Positions 10,124 through 20,113 of a stretch of DNA of 44,216 nucleotides are shown one piece after another. This stretch comes from SAR86 cluster bacterium (GTDB taxonomy: Bacteria; Pseudomonadota; Gammaproteobacteria; Magnimaribacterales; D2472), in contig JAQWXQ010000065.1 of the NCBI GenBank assembly GCA_029254395.1, forward strand, positions 1 to 44,216, written 5' to 3'. Positions within the stretch are counted from its first letter, which is position 1. Every line of letters begins with the position of its first letter. Position numbers and translations under genes: made by a program. Under the pieces are notes generated by a model. That model made no database searches. It saw only the letters and a list, made by a program, of their open reading frames with translations, and had not been told where the DNA came from.

Positions 10124-11347
10124 TCAGTGTGTTTTCCATTCAACAGTATCAAGATCTATTCCATCGAGATGCATTTCCCAAAGTGGAGATAATTCTCGCA
10201 ATCTCTCAACAACATTTTTTAATATTGAAAGCGTTTCCAATACCTCATCTTCATTAGTGAATCTTCCAAAAGAAAATCTGATTGAGCTGTGGGCTAATTC
10301 ATCTTTTCTCCCTAGAGCTCTAAGAACATAAGATGGTTCTAAACTTGCAGATGTGCATGCCGATCCAGAGGATACAGCAATATCTTTTAAGCCCATAATC
10401 AACGACTCACCTTCAACAAAATTAAAACTTACATTAAGTATATTGGGAACTTTATTGGCAACATCACCATTTAAATAAACATGCTCTATATCATTCACTT
10501 GATCTAAAAACATATCATGAAATTTTTTAATTTTTTCTATGTCTTGTTTCATATCTATTTTTGCAATCCTGAAGGCTTCGCCCATTCCAACAAGTTGATG
10601 GGTAGGAAGTGTTCCGGACCTCATACCTCTTTCGTGTCCTCCGCCATGAATTTGCGCTTCAATTCTTACTCTTGGTTTTCTCCTCACAAAGAGGGCCCCA
10701 ACTCCTTTAGGCCCATATGTTTTATGAGCAGAAAAAGACATTAGATCCACGGGTAATTGTTTTAAATCAATTGGAACTTTGCCAGTACTTTGAGCGGCAT
10801 CAACATGAAAGAAAATTCCTTTTTCTCTTGTGATTCTGCCTATGCCATCAATGTTATTTAATGTCCCTAATTCATTATTAATATGCATAATTGATACTAA
10901 TATGGTGGAGTCTTTTATTGCTTCTTGTACAGCCTCTGGAGTAATAATTCCGCCTTCATTTGGCTCCAAGTATGTAACCTCAAAACCATCACGCTCAAGC
11001 TGCCTGCATGGATCTAAAACAGCTTTGTGCTCTATTTTTGAAGTAATAATATGATTGCCTTTTGTTTTATAAAACTTAGCAATGCCTTTAACAGCTAGAT
11101 TATCGGCTTCAGTGGCGCCAGAGGTCCAAACAATCTCTCTAGGGTCACAATTTACTAAATTTGCTACATGCGATCTTGCTTCTTCTACAGCCTCATCTGC
11201 CTTCCATCCGTAACGATGTGATCTCGATGCTGGATTACCAAACTCTCCATCAGGAGTTAAGAATTCCATCATTCTTTTAGCCACCCTTGGGTCAACTGGT
11301 GTTGTGGAAGCATAGTCAAGGTAAATAGTATTATTTTTTTCTTTCAT
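10124..11347 (-). CDS. iscS: cysteine desulfurase IscS
   Basis: [19 protein letters not shown] (PLP Lys), SSGSACTS (catalytic Cys). Confidence 0.98.
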   Translation of the reverse strand: MKEKNNTIYLDYASTTPVDPRVAKRMMEFLTPDGEFGNPASRSHRYGWKADEAVEEARSHVANLVNCDPREIVWTSGATEADNLAVKGIAKFYKTKGNHIITSKIEHKAVLDPCRQLERDGFEVTYLEPNEGGIITPEAVQEAIKDSTILVSIMHINNELGTLNNIDGIGRITREKGIFFHVDAAQSTGKVPIDLKQLPVDLMSFSAHKTYGPKGVGALFVRRKPRVRIEAQIHGGGHERGMRSGTLPTHQLVGMGEAFRIAKIDMKQDIEKIKKFHDMFLDQVNDIEHVYLNGDVANKVPNILNVSFNFVEGESLIMGLKDIAVSSGSACTSASLEPSYVLRALGRKDELAHSSIRFSFGRFTNEDEVLETLSILKNVVERLRELSPLWEMHLDGIDLDTVEWKTH

Positions 11348-11349
11348 TT

Positions 11350-11784
11350 TTATTTTATTTCTTTAAATTTTATATATGGGTTGTCTGGGGAATTAACAAG
11401 GCTGCTCAAGGTTATAGTTGTTAAATAATTATCAACTAAATTATTTAGATCATTCCATAAATTATGAGTTTTGCACTCTCTTCCATCCTGGCATGTGTGA
11501 CTTCCATGACAGTTTGTAGCATCTAAATCCTCGTCAACAGCGTTCATGATATCTTTGATAGATATTCTATTAATATCTTTTGCATATGCATAACCACCAT
11601 TTCTACCTCTAACACTTTTAACAATTCCAGCTATTCTAAGTTTTCTGAATAACTGCTCAAGGTAAGAAATTTCTATGTTCTGGTTGTTAGAAATATCAGT
11701 TAAGGATACTGGCCCGGAGTTGGCAAGAACTCCCAACTCTGTTAGAGCGCTAACTGCATATTTACTTTTCGTGGTGAGTTTCAC
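11350..11784 (-). CDS. iscR: Fe-S cluster assembly transcription factor IscR (Rrf2)
   Basis: [17 protein letters not shown]-x5-C-x5-C-x2-H ligand set; GTG start; head of the isc operon. Confidence 0.93.
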   Translation of the reverse strand: MKLTTKSKYAVSALTELGVLANSGPVSLTDISNNQNIEISYLEQLFRKLRIAGIVKSVRGRNGGYAYAKDINRISIKDIMNAVDEDLDATNCHGSHTCQDGRECKTHNLWNDLNNLVDNYLTTITLSSLVNSPDNPYIKFKEIK

Positions 11785-11790
11785 GCACGA

Positions 11791-11822
11791 ATTATAAATA
11801 CCTGACTAATTTAGTCAAGTTT
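11791..11822 (-). promoter_or_regulatory. iscR promoter (TTGACT-N16-TATAAT) overlapped by an IscR type-1 operator
   Basis: Plus strand 11798-11822 reads ATACCTGACTAATTTAGTCAAGTTT, matching the type-1 consensus ATASYYGACTRwwwYAGTCRRSTAT at 24 of 25 positions; -35 at 11818-11813, -10 at 11796-11791. Confidence 0.85.
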
Positions 11823-12533
11823 AATATTCATACCCAATCTATCGGCAACCTGATGATATGATTCAACCACATCTCCAAGGCCTTCTCTGAATCTATCTTT
11901 GTCCATCTTTTTTCCAGTTTCTACATCCCACAATCTACATCCATCAGGAGTAAATTCATCAGCAAGTATAATTTGGTTACCCTTTAGGAGACCAAACTCT
12001 ACTTTAAAATCAACCAAAGTAAGACCAGATTCTAAAAATAACTTTGAAAGAATATCATTGATTTTATAGGTAAGAATTTTCATCTGATCAATATGCTCTT
12101 GTTTCGCCCACCCGAATGAAATAATGTGCTCGTCATTTATTAGTGGATCGCCTAAATCATCATCTTTTAAAAAAAATTCAAAAAGCGGTGACTGTAATAC
12201 CAAACCATCTTCTGTTCCAAGTCTTCGGCAGATTGACCCAGAGGCAATGTTTCTTATTACGCACTCAATTGGAAACATCTCAAGCTTATGAACTAATGAA
12301 TCAGTCTGATTTAGAACCTTTATATGGTGTGTTGGAACATTATTATTTTCTAAATGCTCCAAAATAAAAGCATTAAATTGATTGTTAACAGCACCTTTTC
12401 CCAACAAGGCCTCTTTTTTCTTTCCATCAAAGGCAGAAGTGTCATCTCTAAAATTCATTATTAAATGATTTTCATTATCTGTAGTGTATAAAGATTTTGC
12501 TTTGCCTGAGGTTATTTCGTTTATTTTATTCAT
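11811..12533 (-). CDS. purC: SAICAR synthetase
   Basis: GKAKSLY, FRDDTSAFDG, LVDFKVEFG, ADEFTPDGCRLWD, DKDRFR. Confidence 0.98.
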   Translation of the reverse strand: MNKINEITSGKAKSLYTTDNENHLIMNFRDDTSAFDGKKKEALLGKGAVNNQFNAFILEHLENNNVPTHHIKVLNQTDSLVHKLEMFPIECVIRNIASGSICRRLGTEDGLVLQSPLFEFFLKDDDLGDPLINDEHIISFGWAKQEHIDQMKILTYKINDILSKLFLESGLTLVDFKVEFGLLKGNQIILADEFTPDGCRLWDVETGKKMDKDRFREGLGDVVESYHQVADRLGMNIKLD

Positions 12534-13510
12534 TAGTTTAATAATTCGTTAATTTTTGAAAGTAGCTGTTCGGATTCGCTTATATTACCATTTAATGATT
12601 TAGCACTTACGTAAGTTTTATTATTTTTTTGGCTAATTATTACTTCGAACTGTGAATCTTTATTAAAATCTGGTTCTTTTTTTGAACTTCCAAAACCTAA
12701 AAAGGAAAATATTCCCTCTTCTTCATCAAGGCCATAACTTACATAAAATATTCCGTTTGATCTGTCTCTGTCATTGGAAACAATATTCCCACTTGCAAGA
12801 GCTTTGCTTACCGATGACCAAGCTCTATCAAAGTTTAGATCTAATTCGATGATTGTTTGTCCATTCTCGGTAAATATATTAGCTTTTTTTCTTTCATTTA
12901 GATTTTGTGCTGCTAATGATGTACCAGTAAAGACATCAACAGATTCAGCCAAATATTCAACAACCCTACCCAGTTCAGATTGAATGAACTCAGGATTGCT
13001 TACAATTTCTTTAGTCTCTTTATTAATTTGATTTAAAAATATTTCAGAAGAGGCTTCTTTAATTCCATGTTCTATTTTCATTTCTAGTTCAAACTGTTCG
13101 CTAAAATCAATTCTTATAACCCCGCTGTCCGGGTCAGCGCTCAAAATTGAATAAATCGAGGTATCCCAATAATTTTTTGATATTGGCCAAGTAGTTGACG
13201 GAAGTGTTTCTATATAAACCCACATCAATTCGCCCAACCTTCTTAGTTGAACTGAACTTTCACCTCCAGATGAAAATATTTGCCTAGGCTTTGGGATATC
13301 TAAATTTTTCTCTACCTCTACAGCGCTAAAGTATGGATAGTGATTATCGGAGTTTAGCTCTGAAAGATCTTCAGGTGCCTTGAGTGGTGCCTGAGATGTT
13401 TCTTCTAGAAACTCATATTCATTTGTTGGAAAGTAGCCTTCAGGCCCAGTTAACCAAGCGCATGATGAGCATGTAATTAAAATTAATAATAATTTTGAGC
13501 TTTTTATCAT
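12533..13510 (-). CDS. bamC: outer membrane assembly lipoprotein BamC (NlpB/DapX)
   Basis: Lipoprotein signal with Cys, FDRAWSSV and DRDRSNGIFYV motifs; syntenic dapA-bamC-purC. Confidence 0.85.
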   Translation of the reverse strand: MIKSSKLLLILITCSSCAWLTGPEGYFPTNEYEFLEETSQAPLKAPEDLSELNSDNHYPYFSAVEVEKNLDIPKPRQIFSSGGESSVQLRRLGELMWVYIETLPSTTWPISKNYWDTSIYSILSADPDSGVIRIDFSEQFELEMKIEHGIKEASSEIFLNQINKETKEIVSNPEFIQSELGRVVEYLAESVDVFTGTSLAAQNLNERKKANIFTENGQTIIELDLNFDRAWSSVSKALASGNIVSNDRDRSNGIFYVSYGLDEEEGIFSFLGFGSSKKEPDFNKDSQFEVIISQKNNKTYVSAKSLNGNISESEQLLSKINELLN

Positions 13511-14394
13511 AAGACTTTTAGTTCCTTTAATGTAGACAAAACTTTATTGTGATAAGTTTCATTTAAATCAGTTAATGGCAAACGAATCGTTTTATTGATG
13601 TATCCCATTTGCGATAGCATCCATTTTACTGGAATTGGATTAGATTCTACAAACAGTAATTTTAATAGATCACTATAATTATCATTTTCTAGCTTAGCTT
13701 TATGATAATTACCGGAAAGTGAATCTTTGCATATTGTAGATATGCTTTTTGGTATTATATTTGCAGCTACCGATATTACTCCTGATGCACCAAGTTGCAT
13801 ACTTTCTAAAAATGTTGGATCGTCTCCTGAAAGAATTGAGAAATTTTTTATTTCTTTGGTAAGTTCAACTAAATGCTTAATCCTACTCATGTCATCTAAA
13901 GCCTCTTTTATACCAATTATATTGTCATGCTCTGATAGTATTTTTGTTGACTGAGGTTGAAGATCACAAGCTGTTCTCGATGGTACATTATATAAAATTT
14001 GAGGGATATTTACCTTGTTCGCAATAGCCAAGTAATGAAGTACAAGCCCTTCTTGTGTTGGTTTATTGTAATAAGGGGTTACCAACAAAGATGCATCTGC
14101 GCCAAGGTTCTTAGACTCTAGTGTTAAGTCTATAGCCTCTTGAGTTGAATTACCTCCGGACCCAGCAATAACTGGAATTCTATTATCAGATATTTTGACT
14201 GTATATCTAATCACATCCAGGTGTTCTTGGACACTTAGCGTTGAAGACTCACCAGTTGTACCAACTGAAACTATTCCGCTTGTGCCATTTTCTATATGCC
14301 AATTGATTAAATGTTTTAGGGAATCATAGTCAATAACACCATCTTCGAACATTGGCGTTACTAATGCGACAAAACTTCCTTTTAAAACTTGCAT
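13507..14394 (-). CDS. dapA: 4-hydroxy-tetrahydrodipicolinate synthase
   Basis: ALVTP, GTTGES, LVTPYYNKP, YNVPSRT, GIKEA, SNPIPVK. Confidence 0.98.
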   Translation of the reverse strand: MQVLKGSFVALVTPMFEDGVIDYDSLKHLINWHIENGTSGIVSVGTTGESSTLSVQEHLDVIRYTVKISDNRIPVIAGSGGNSTQEAIDLTLESKNLGADASLLVTPYYNKPTQEGLVLHYLAIANKVNIPQILYNVPSRTACDLQPQSTKILSEHDNIIGIKEALDDMSRIKHLVELTKEIKNFSILSGDDPTFLESMQLGASGVISVAANIIPKSISTICKDSLSGNYHKAKLENDNYSDLLKLLFVESNPIPVKWMLSQMGYINKTIRLPLTDLNETYHNKVLSTLKELKVL

Positions 14395-14463
14395 CAAATA
14401 AATTTTCAGTAAAAAATAGGACTATACACTATTTAATACAAAATCTTACACAAAGGAATTCAA

Positions 14464-14934
14464 ATGACAAAAAAACTAGTAGGCAAAAAAGCCCCAAACT
14501 TCAAAGCGGAATGTACCAGTGAAAAAACATATTCTAGGGATGATTTTAATGGTAAAAACTTAGTGCTATATTTTTATCCTAAAGATAGCACTCCAGGATG
14601 TACAACAGAAGGCCAGAATTTTAGAGATTTATATGAAGAATTTCAGGCTAATAATACTGAGATTATTGGTGTGTCGAGAGAGTCCATAAAATCTCATGAA
14701 AATTTTAAAGAAAAGCAGTCTTTTCCATTTGAGCTATTATCAGATCCTGATGAGAAAGTATGCAAGGCATTTGATGTGATGAAATTGAAATCTATGTATG
14801 GAAGAGAATATATTGGTGTGGACCGAAGTACATTTATCATAAATGCTAATGGTAAATTAATAAAAGAATGGCGCGGCGTTAAAGTGAAGGGTCATGCAGA
14901 TGAGGTTTTGGATTTTATTCAGAACTTAGATTAA
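14464..14934 (+). CDS. bcp: peroxiredoxin Bcp
   Basis: LYFYPKDSTPGCTTE motif; divergent from dapA as in other gammaproteobacteria. Confidence 0.93.
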   Translation: MTKKLVGKKAPNFKAECTSEKTYSRDDFNGKNLVLYFYPKDSTPGCTTEGQNFRDLYEEFQANNTEIIGVSRESIKSHENFKEKQSFPFELLSDPDEKVCKAFDVMKLKSMYGREYIGVDRSTFIINANGKLIKEWRGVKVKGHADEVLDFIQNLD

Positions 14935-15986
14935 GCGTTTCCACTAGAGGGCCATGCATTCCAAACTGCTTTAATAAATGTAGCTATTGGTATTGCAAAA
15001 AATACACCCCAGAATCCAAACATACTTCCAAACACAAATACGGCTAGGATAATTACTACAGGATGAAGCTTTACTGCATCTGAAAAAATTATAGGTACCA
15101 GCAAATTTCCATCTAACACTTGAAGTATTAGATACAAAATCATTAATAAGCCAAAATCAAAGGTTAATCCAAACTGAATAAGGCCAATAATAACTATTGG
15201 TACCGTAACAGCAAACGCTCCAACATAAGGAATTACAACCGATAAACCAACAAGAACAGACAAAAGTGCTGTGTAGTTAAGCCCAAGCGATGAGAATATG
15301 ATTGCAGCACACGCTCCCACTATAAATATTTCAAGAGTTTTACCTCTGACATAATTACTTAACTGAACATCCATTTCTTCCCAAATTTTTACAAGCATCT
15401 TCCTTTCTCCAGGAATAACTTTTAAAAAACCCTCTAAAATGGCCTTCCTGTCAAATAAAAAGAAATAGACCAAAATAGGAAATAATAAAATATATATTAA
15501 AAGAGTTATAGCACTTTGTATTCCTGAGATAGAGCTTTTAACAATGTTTTGAGTTAATGCTGATGCCTCAGAAGAAACTGCTTGAAAGAAAGTTGTAATC
15601 TGATCTGATGTTAGCAAATCAGGATAAGAAGACGGTATCTGTGACACAAAAATTACAAAATCATTAAGTAGACCTGGGGTTTCAAGAATTAATAATTGCA
15701 ATTGTGAATATAGAATTGGAATAAGCCATATTAAAAGAGCTGCGCCAACAATTATAAAAATTGAAAAGGTAGCCACCAATGCCCAAAAACTATTTACGCC
15801 AAAAGACTCTATTTTTCTTTGTAGACCAACCAACAAATATGCAACCACAATACTTAATAGGAATGGAGTAAGTATTGAACCAAAGTAGTTAAGCAAGACT
15901 ATAGTTGAAATCAGTAAAATGGAGAAAACAATAGTTTCATCATTTGTAAATATTCTTTTAAAAAAATTATTAAGTCTTTCTATCAT
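14931..15986 (-). CDS. AI-2E family transporter (PerM-like)
   Basis: Multi-TM protein; NYVRGK, IPYVGA, LDGNLLVP, LHPVVII motifs. Confidence 0.9.
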   Translation of the reverse strand: MIERLNNFFKRIFTNDETIVFSILLISTIVLLNYFGSILTPFLLSIVVAYLLVGLQRKIESFGVNSFWALVATFSIFIIVGAALLIWLIPILYSQLQLLILETPGLLNDFVIFVSQIPSSYPDLLTSDQITTFFQAVSSEASALTQNIVKSSISGIQSAITLLIYILLFPILVYFFLFDRKAILEGFLKVIPGERKMLVKIWEEMDVQLSNYVRGKTLEIFIVGACAAIIFSSLGLNYTALLSVLVGLSVVIPYVGAFAVTVPIVIIGLIQFGLTFDFGLLMILYLILQVLDGNLLVPIIFSDAVKLHPVVIILAVFVFGSMFGFWGVFFAIPIATFIKAVWNAWPSSGNA

Positions 15987-16118
15987 TTTTAATCTACATG
16001 TTATATTTAAAACTTATTACAAATAGCTTTGTCTAAAACAGTGTTTGTAATGTTATGTTATGTGATTATGACCGATATTAATCTAAAAAGTCTATTGTTA
16101 TAGTTTTTCAGCAGTTAT

Positions 16119-17573
16119 ATGGAAATTAATAAATTAATAAAAATAAGATTGGGATGCTATCTTTTTATAGTAATCTTTATTAGCTCCTTTGGTTATTCAC
16201 AAGCTGATAATCAAATTAAGCTTCCAGAACTTGGGGATAGAGTCTCTGGAGCTGTGTCATCTTCGCAAGAAAAAGCAATAGGTGAAGCTTTTCTAAAGCA
16301 AGCATATGCCCAAGCACCCCTAATAAATGATTCATTAATTCAGGAATACACTGAACTTCTTGTATTTAGGCTTTCAGAAAAAAGCTACGTACAAGATAGG
16401 TACTTTAATGTGCTTTTAATTGACGATCCATCTTTAAATGCTTTTGCGGCACCTGGGAGTGTTATAGGGGTTAATGGAGGGTTATTCCTTGAAGCAGAAA
16501 ATGAAGGTCAATTTGCCTCAGTTATGGCTCATGAACTAGCCCATCTAAGCCAAAGACATTTTGCAAGAAACATACTTAGATCACAAGATACCAGCCTATC
16601 ATCAGCGCTTGTTTTGGTTTCATCCATAGCGATTGCTTTAATTACAAATCAGCCGCAAGCAATTATTGGTGGAAGTGCCTTCATGCAGCAAGAAAACCTA
16701 AGATATAGCAGACTTTTTGAAAGAGAGGCTGATAGAGTTGGATTTACTAATTTAGTGGCCTCTGGTTATGATCCATATTCAATGGGTGAAATGTTCGAGA
16801 ATATGAACAAAATGAAAAGATACTATGGCGAGGCTCCGCCTGAATTTCTGCTAACACACCCTGTGACTTCTTCAAGAGTAAGTGATGCTTTTAATGCGGC
16901 TGAAAATATTGATGTTAAAGAATCAAAAAAAGATAGTATTGATTATTCTTTCATCCGCTCTAGATTAAAGGTTTATTATGAGAAAATACCAGCCTCCTCA
17001 GTAAGCTACTTTAAAGACGCTTTCAAAAAATCAAACTTACCCTCAGATCAATACGGATTAGCACTTGCATTGAGTAAAAATAATGAATTTGAAGATAGCA
17101 TCCTTGTAATGGATGAGCTTATTAGTAAATTTCCAAAAAACTTAATACTTAATACATCAAGGGTGGAGATATACTTGAATGCTGGTTTCTACACAGAAGC
17201 AAATAGTTATGTCGATAAATTTCTATCAATCTCTCCTGGAAATTACCCACTTACAATTACAAAAGCAAAAATTTTGAATGCGACAGGGGCATATTTTGCA
17301 GCTGAAGAACTATTAAGGGGACAGCTTCTTAAAAGAAATGGTGATCCGTATTTATGGCTTTTGCTATCTGATATACAAAGAGATGGGAAAAATATTGTTG
17401 GTTATTATCAAAGTAAGGCTGAATATCATGTATTACTAGGTCAGTATGAGGAAGCTATAAGCCAGTTAGAATTTGCACTACAACTTACAAAAAATAACTT
17501 TCAAGTATCAGAGAGTGTCATGACTAAAATTATTGATATAAAAAATAAAATCAATAAATCTAGAGGTCTTTAA
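16119..17573 (+). CDS. bepA: M48 metalloprotease/TPR chaperone BepA (YfgC)
   Basis: LNAFAAPG, HELAH zinc motif, EREADR, FLLTHP, C-terminal TPRs, signal peptide. Confidence 0.9.
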   Translation: MEINKLIKIRLGCYLFIVIFISSFGYSQADNQIKLPELGDRVSGAVSSSQEKAIGEAFLKQAYAQAPLINDSLIQEYTELLVFRLSEKSYVQDRYFNVLLIDDPSLNAFAAPGSVIGVNGGLFLEAENEGQFASVMAHELAHLSQRHFARNILRSQDTSLSSALVLVSSIAIALITNQPQAIIGGSAFMQQENLRYSRLFEREADRVGFTNLVASGYDPYSMGEMFENMNKMKRYYGEAPPEFLLTHPVTSSRVSDAFNAAENIDVKESKKDSIDYSFIRSRLKVYYEKIPASSVSYFKDAFKKSNLPSDQYGLALALSKNNEFEDSILVMDELISKFPKNLILNTSRVEIYLNAGFYTEANSYVDKFLSISPGNYPLTITKAKILNATGAYFAAEELLRGQLLKRNGDPYLWLLLSDIQRDGKNIVGYYQSKAEYHVLLGQYEEAISQLEFALQLTKNNFQVSESVMTKIIDIKNKINKSRGL

Positions 17574-18825
17574 ATCTTTTCTGTTTCGTAATACTCCAAC
17601 CTAAGTATGAGTAGAGGATTGCAAATGGAATCGCGGCTATCGGCATAAATGTAATTGGAAGAAATATAGATTTACCAATGCCCATAAAAATACTTCCAGA
17701 AAGGTCGCCAAACCTAGTCATAAATGTATCGATAAATACTGTGGTTTTGTATCTGTCCTTCTTTTCAAGTTGGCTATATGCGATTTCTCTAGCAGGCTTA
17801 TTAAATCCATATTCAAACATTCTAAGAGAGGTTTGACATATAATAACAACTGCCACAGATGGGAATAAACCATAAAGAGAGAAGACCACTACAAATAAAA
17901 TACCATAAACTATTAGTATGAATTTAATTCCAAACTTTGAAATAACATAATAAGTTAAAGTTAGCTGCACTATTAAAGTAAGAGGGGCAACTATTTGCTC
18001 TATCAAAGCAAATAATCTTATTCTTTCAGGAGACAATTCAGAATAGTTTTCAATAATTGGTATTGCAGCTATCCACTGCACTGTCATAAGAAATGTAAAG
18101 GACCATGAATAGAGAGCAATATTTCTAATATCATCCTTAGTTAATATATTCTTGATGCTATCAATTGAACCTCCACCAACCTTAGCTGAAAGGGCTTCAA
18201 CTGAAAATGTTCTTACTATGTATGTTGCGAGGGCTAATGCCAGCAATAAGTAAAAAGATGCTGCGATCAAAAATAGCGCTATGCCGGTTTCTGTAAATGA
18301 ATTTGAGAGGGTGCTGGATGTTGTAGAACCCAGCATAGCGCCAACCGATCCCCCTGCTAAAATAAATCCATAGTATTTTCTAGATGAAGAATCTCTAAAC
18401 AAATTTATTACCAACACCCAAAAAATTGAAACTGTAAAAAATGAATATATATTGCTCCAAACATAAAATATTCTTCCAAGCCACAACCTTTCAGTCACCA
18501 TAGATTGAGACAAACTTGACGAGTACATATATAAAAGTAGTAAGTTAAAAATAAAGAAAGAGTAAGTGTAGAAAATAATTCTTATATAGTTGCCTCTAGA
18601 TGCCACCCAGGAATAAATAGGATTTACTAAAATCATTATTAAAGTAGTGCTTATTAAAAGAGGTATCAGCATTCCTTCGCCATAACTCTCTACAGCAAGC
18701 TCATTTCTTAAGGGCCTTAAAACATACCAAGAAGAAAGTACAAGGTAGAACAGAATACTTGAAAGTAAAGTCTTATTTTTTATTAGCAAATAAGGATTTA
18801 AAGTGTTGATAATATTGAACTTCAT
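17560..18825 (-). CDS. NTT/TLC (ATP:ADP antiporter, AAA family)-like MFS nucleotide transporter
   Basis: About 12 hydrophobic segments; YVLRPLRN, FYVW...SIFW, RKYYGFI.AGGSVG, NKPARE, RYK...IDTF..RFGD motifs typical of the Npt1/TLC family. Confidence 0.75.
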   Translation of the reverse strand: MKFNIINTLNPYLLIKNKTLLSSILFYLVLSSWYVLRPLRNELAVESYGEGMLIPLLISTTLIMILVNPIYSWVASRGNYIRIIFYTYSFFIFNLLLLYMYSSSLSQSMVTERLWLGRIFYVWSNIYSFFTVSIFWVLVINLFRDSSSRKYYGFILAGGSVGAMLGSTTSSTLSNSFTETGIALFLIAASFYLLLALALATYIVRTFSVEALSAKVGGGSIDSIKNILTKDDIRNIALYSWSFTFLMTVQWIAAIPIIENYSELSPERIRLFALIEQIVAPLTLIVQLTLTYYVISKFGIKFILIVYGILFVVVFSLYGLFPSVAVVIICQTSLRMFEYGFNKPAREIAYSQLEKKDRYKTTVFIDTFMTRFGDLSGSIFMGIGKSIFLPITFMPIAAIPFAILYSYLGWSITKQKRFKDL

Positions 18826-18840
18826 AAAACTTAATTTAAG

Positions 18841-18916
18841 TGGTGGGTCGCACAGGATTCGAACCTGTGACCAATTGGTTAAAAGCCAACTGCTCTACCA
18901 GCTGAGCTAGCGACCC
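18841..18916 (-). tRNA. tRNA-Lys(UUU)
   Basis: GGGTCGCTAGCTCAGCTGGTAGAGCAGTTGGCTTTTAACCAATTGGTCACAGGTTCGAATCCTGTGCGACCCACCA: 76 nt cloverleaf, anticodon TTT, encoded CCA. Confidence 0.98.
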
Positions 18917-18942
18917 ATGATTAAGCATCATAAAAAATGTGA

Positions 18943-19593
18943 TTATTCCATATTTTTCAATAACTGCAAGGCCTGTGATGAAGCTGAGTTGTTTGGGTAC
19001 TCCCTAACTACAAACTTATACTTGTCAGTTGCCATATTTAAATCATTATTTTTAAAGTATATATCCCCTATTTTCTTATGTGCTAGTGGTACTCTGTAAT
19101 GATTTGGGTATGAGGAGATCAGATCTAAAAAATATTTTTTACTTACCTCAAGATTATTATTAATTAATGATATTTCACCAAGCCAAAAAAAGGCTAAAGG
19201 TGACTTTTGATCATTTGCAAAACTTTCAACAAAAAATTTAAATAGCTTGAATGCATCTTCATAATTCTGTTCTTCTAATGATTTTGTGGCAGCAGCATAA
19301 ACATCTTCTTCACTTTGAATATCGCTTACTCCTTTAAATCTTATGCTGCTATTTGCATTTATTGCATTACTTTCAGGTGCTTTATTATCAGCTTCGTTAA
19401 AGGTTTCGTTTATGAGTTTTTCTATTAAATGATTTTGGCTTTCAATTTGATTTCTTAATTGAGCAATCTCACTTTCAAGCTCTTGTATCTTTAGAAAAAG
19501 AATATCCGAAGCGTTACTTTTTTCATCAGCTAAGCTAGGGTAGGACGCAAATAGAACAGCCAAAGTTATAAAAGTATTTTTTGTAATTCTCAT
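18943..19593 (-). CDS. cpoB: Tol-Pal system protein CpoB (YbgF)
   Basis: Signal peptide, coiled coil, C-terminal TPRs (AFFWLGE, YPNH, YPNN); follows pal. Confidence 0.88.
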   Translation of the reverse strand: MRITKNTFITLAVLFASYPSLADEKSNASDILFLKIQELESEIAQLRNQIESQNHLIEKLINETFNEADNKAPESNAINANSSIRFKGVSDIQSEEDVYAAATKSLEEQNYEDAFKLFKFFVESFANDQKSPLAFFWLGEISLINNNLEVSKKYFLDLISSYPNHYRVPLAHKKIGDIYFKNNDLNMATDKYKFVVREYPNNSASSQALQLLKNME

Positions 19594-19600
19594 CTTTTTT

Positions 19601-20095
19601 CTAGTTAATCTCCGCCCTTCTATTTTTTGACCAACTTGCCTCGTTTGAACCTGTTACAAGAGGGTATTCTTCACCAAAGCTCTTCACAGTTACCCTATTA
19701 TCATTGATTCCATTTAACAATAAATAATCTTTTACAGCATCACCGCGTCTTTGGCCAAGGGCTAGATTATATTCACGAGTACCTCTCTCATCAGCATGAC
19801 CAGATACAGTGATAAGCATATCTGGGTTTTCATTCATTGCTCGCACAACACTTTTAAGAGTTTGTATTGACTTGGTAGAAAGGGTAAATTTATCGAAATC
19901 AAAATAAACTACCGCATTAGTAGTTATAGGTTTTTCGTCATATGAAACGACACTATCTTCTGCAACTGAAACTTCAACACTGCTTACAGTTGAATTGTAG
20001 ACAGATTCTTCTGTATTGTTTGTTGTGCTGCAAGATACTGCAAACATGAGGAATGAGACATAGAAAATATTTCTATTTTTAGATTGTATATACAT
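19601..20095 (-). CDS. pal: peptidoglycan-associated lipoprotein Pal
   Basis: Lipobox FAVSC, VYFDFDK, GHADERGTREYNLALGQRR, NRRAE. Confidence 0.97.
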   Translation of the reverse strand: MYIQSKNRNIFYVSFLMFAVSCSTTNNTEESVYNSTVSSVEVSVAEDSVVSYDEKPITTNAVVYFDFDKFTLSTKSIQTLKSVVRAMNENPDMLITVSGHADERGTREYNLALGQRRGDAVKDYLLLNGINDNRVTVKSFGEEYPLVTGSNEASWSKNRRAEIN

Positions 20096-20113
20096 TATTT
20101 TTACTCCAATTAT

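Noticed and set aside
17560-18916. Possible genomic island integrated at tRNA-Lys
   Set aside because: No integrase and no duplicated tRNA 3' end seen; only one gene separates the tRNA from the core bepA gene.
18917-19099. 60-aa plus-strand ORF beginning right beside tRNA-Lys
   Set aside because: Overlaps cpoB antisense for most of its length; no SD or recognisable family.
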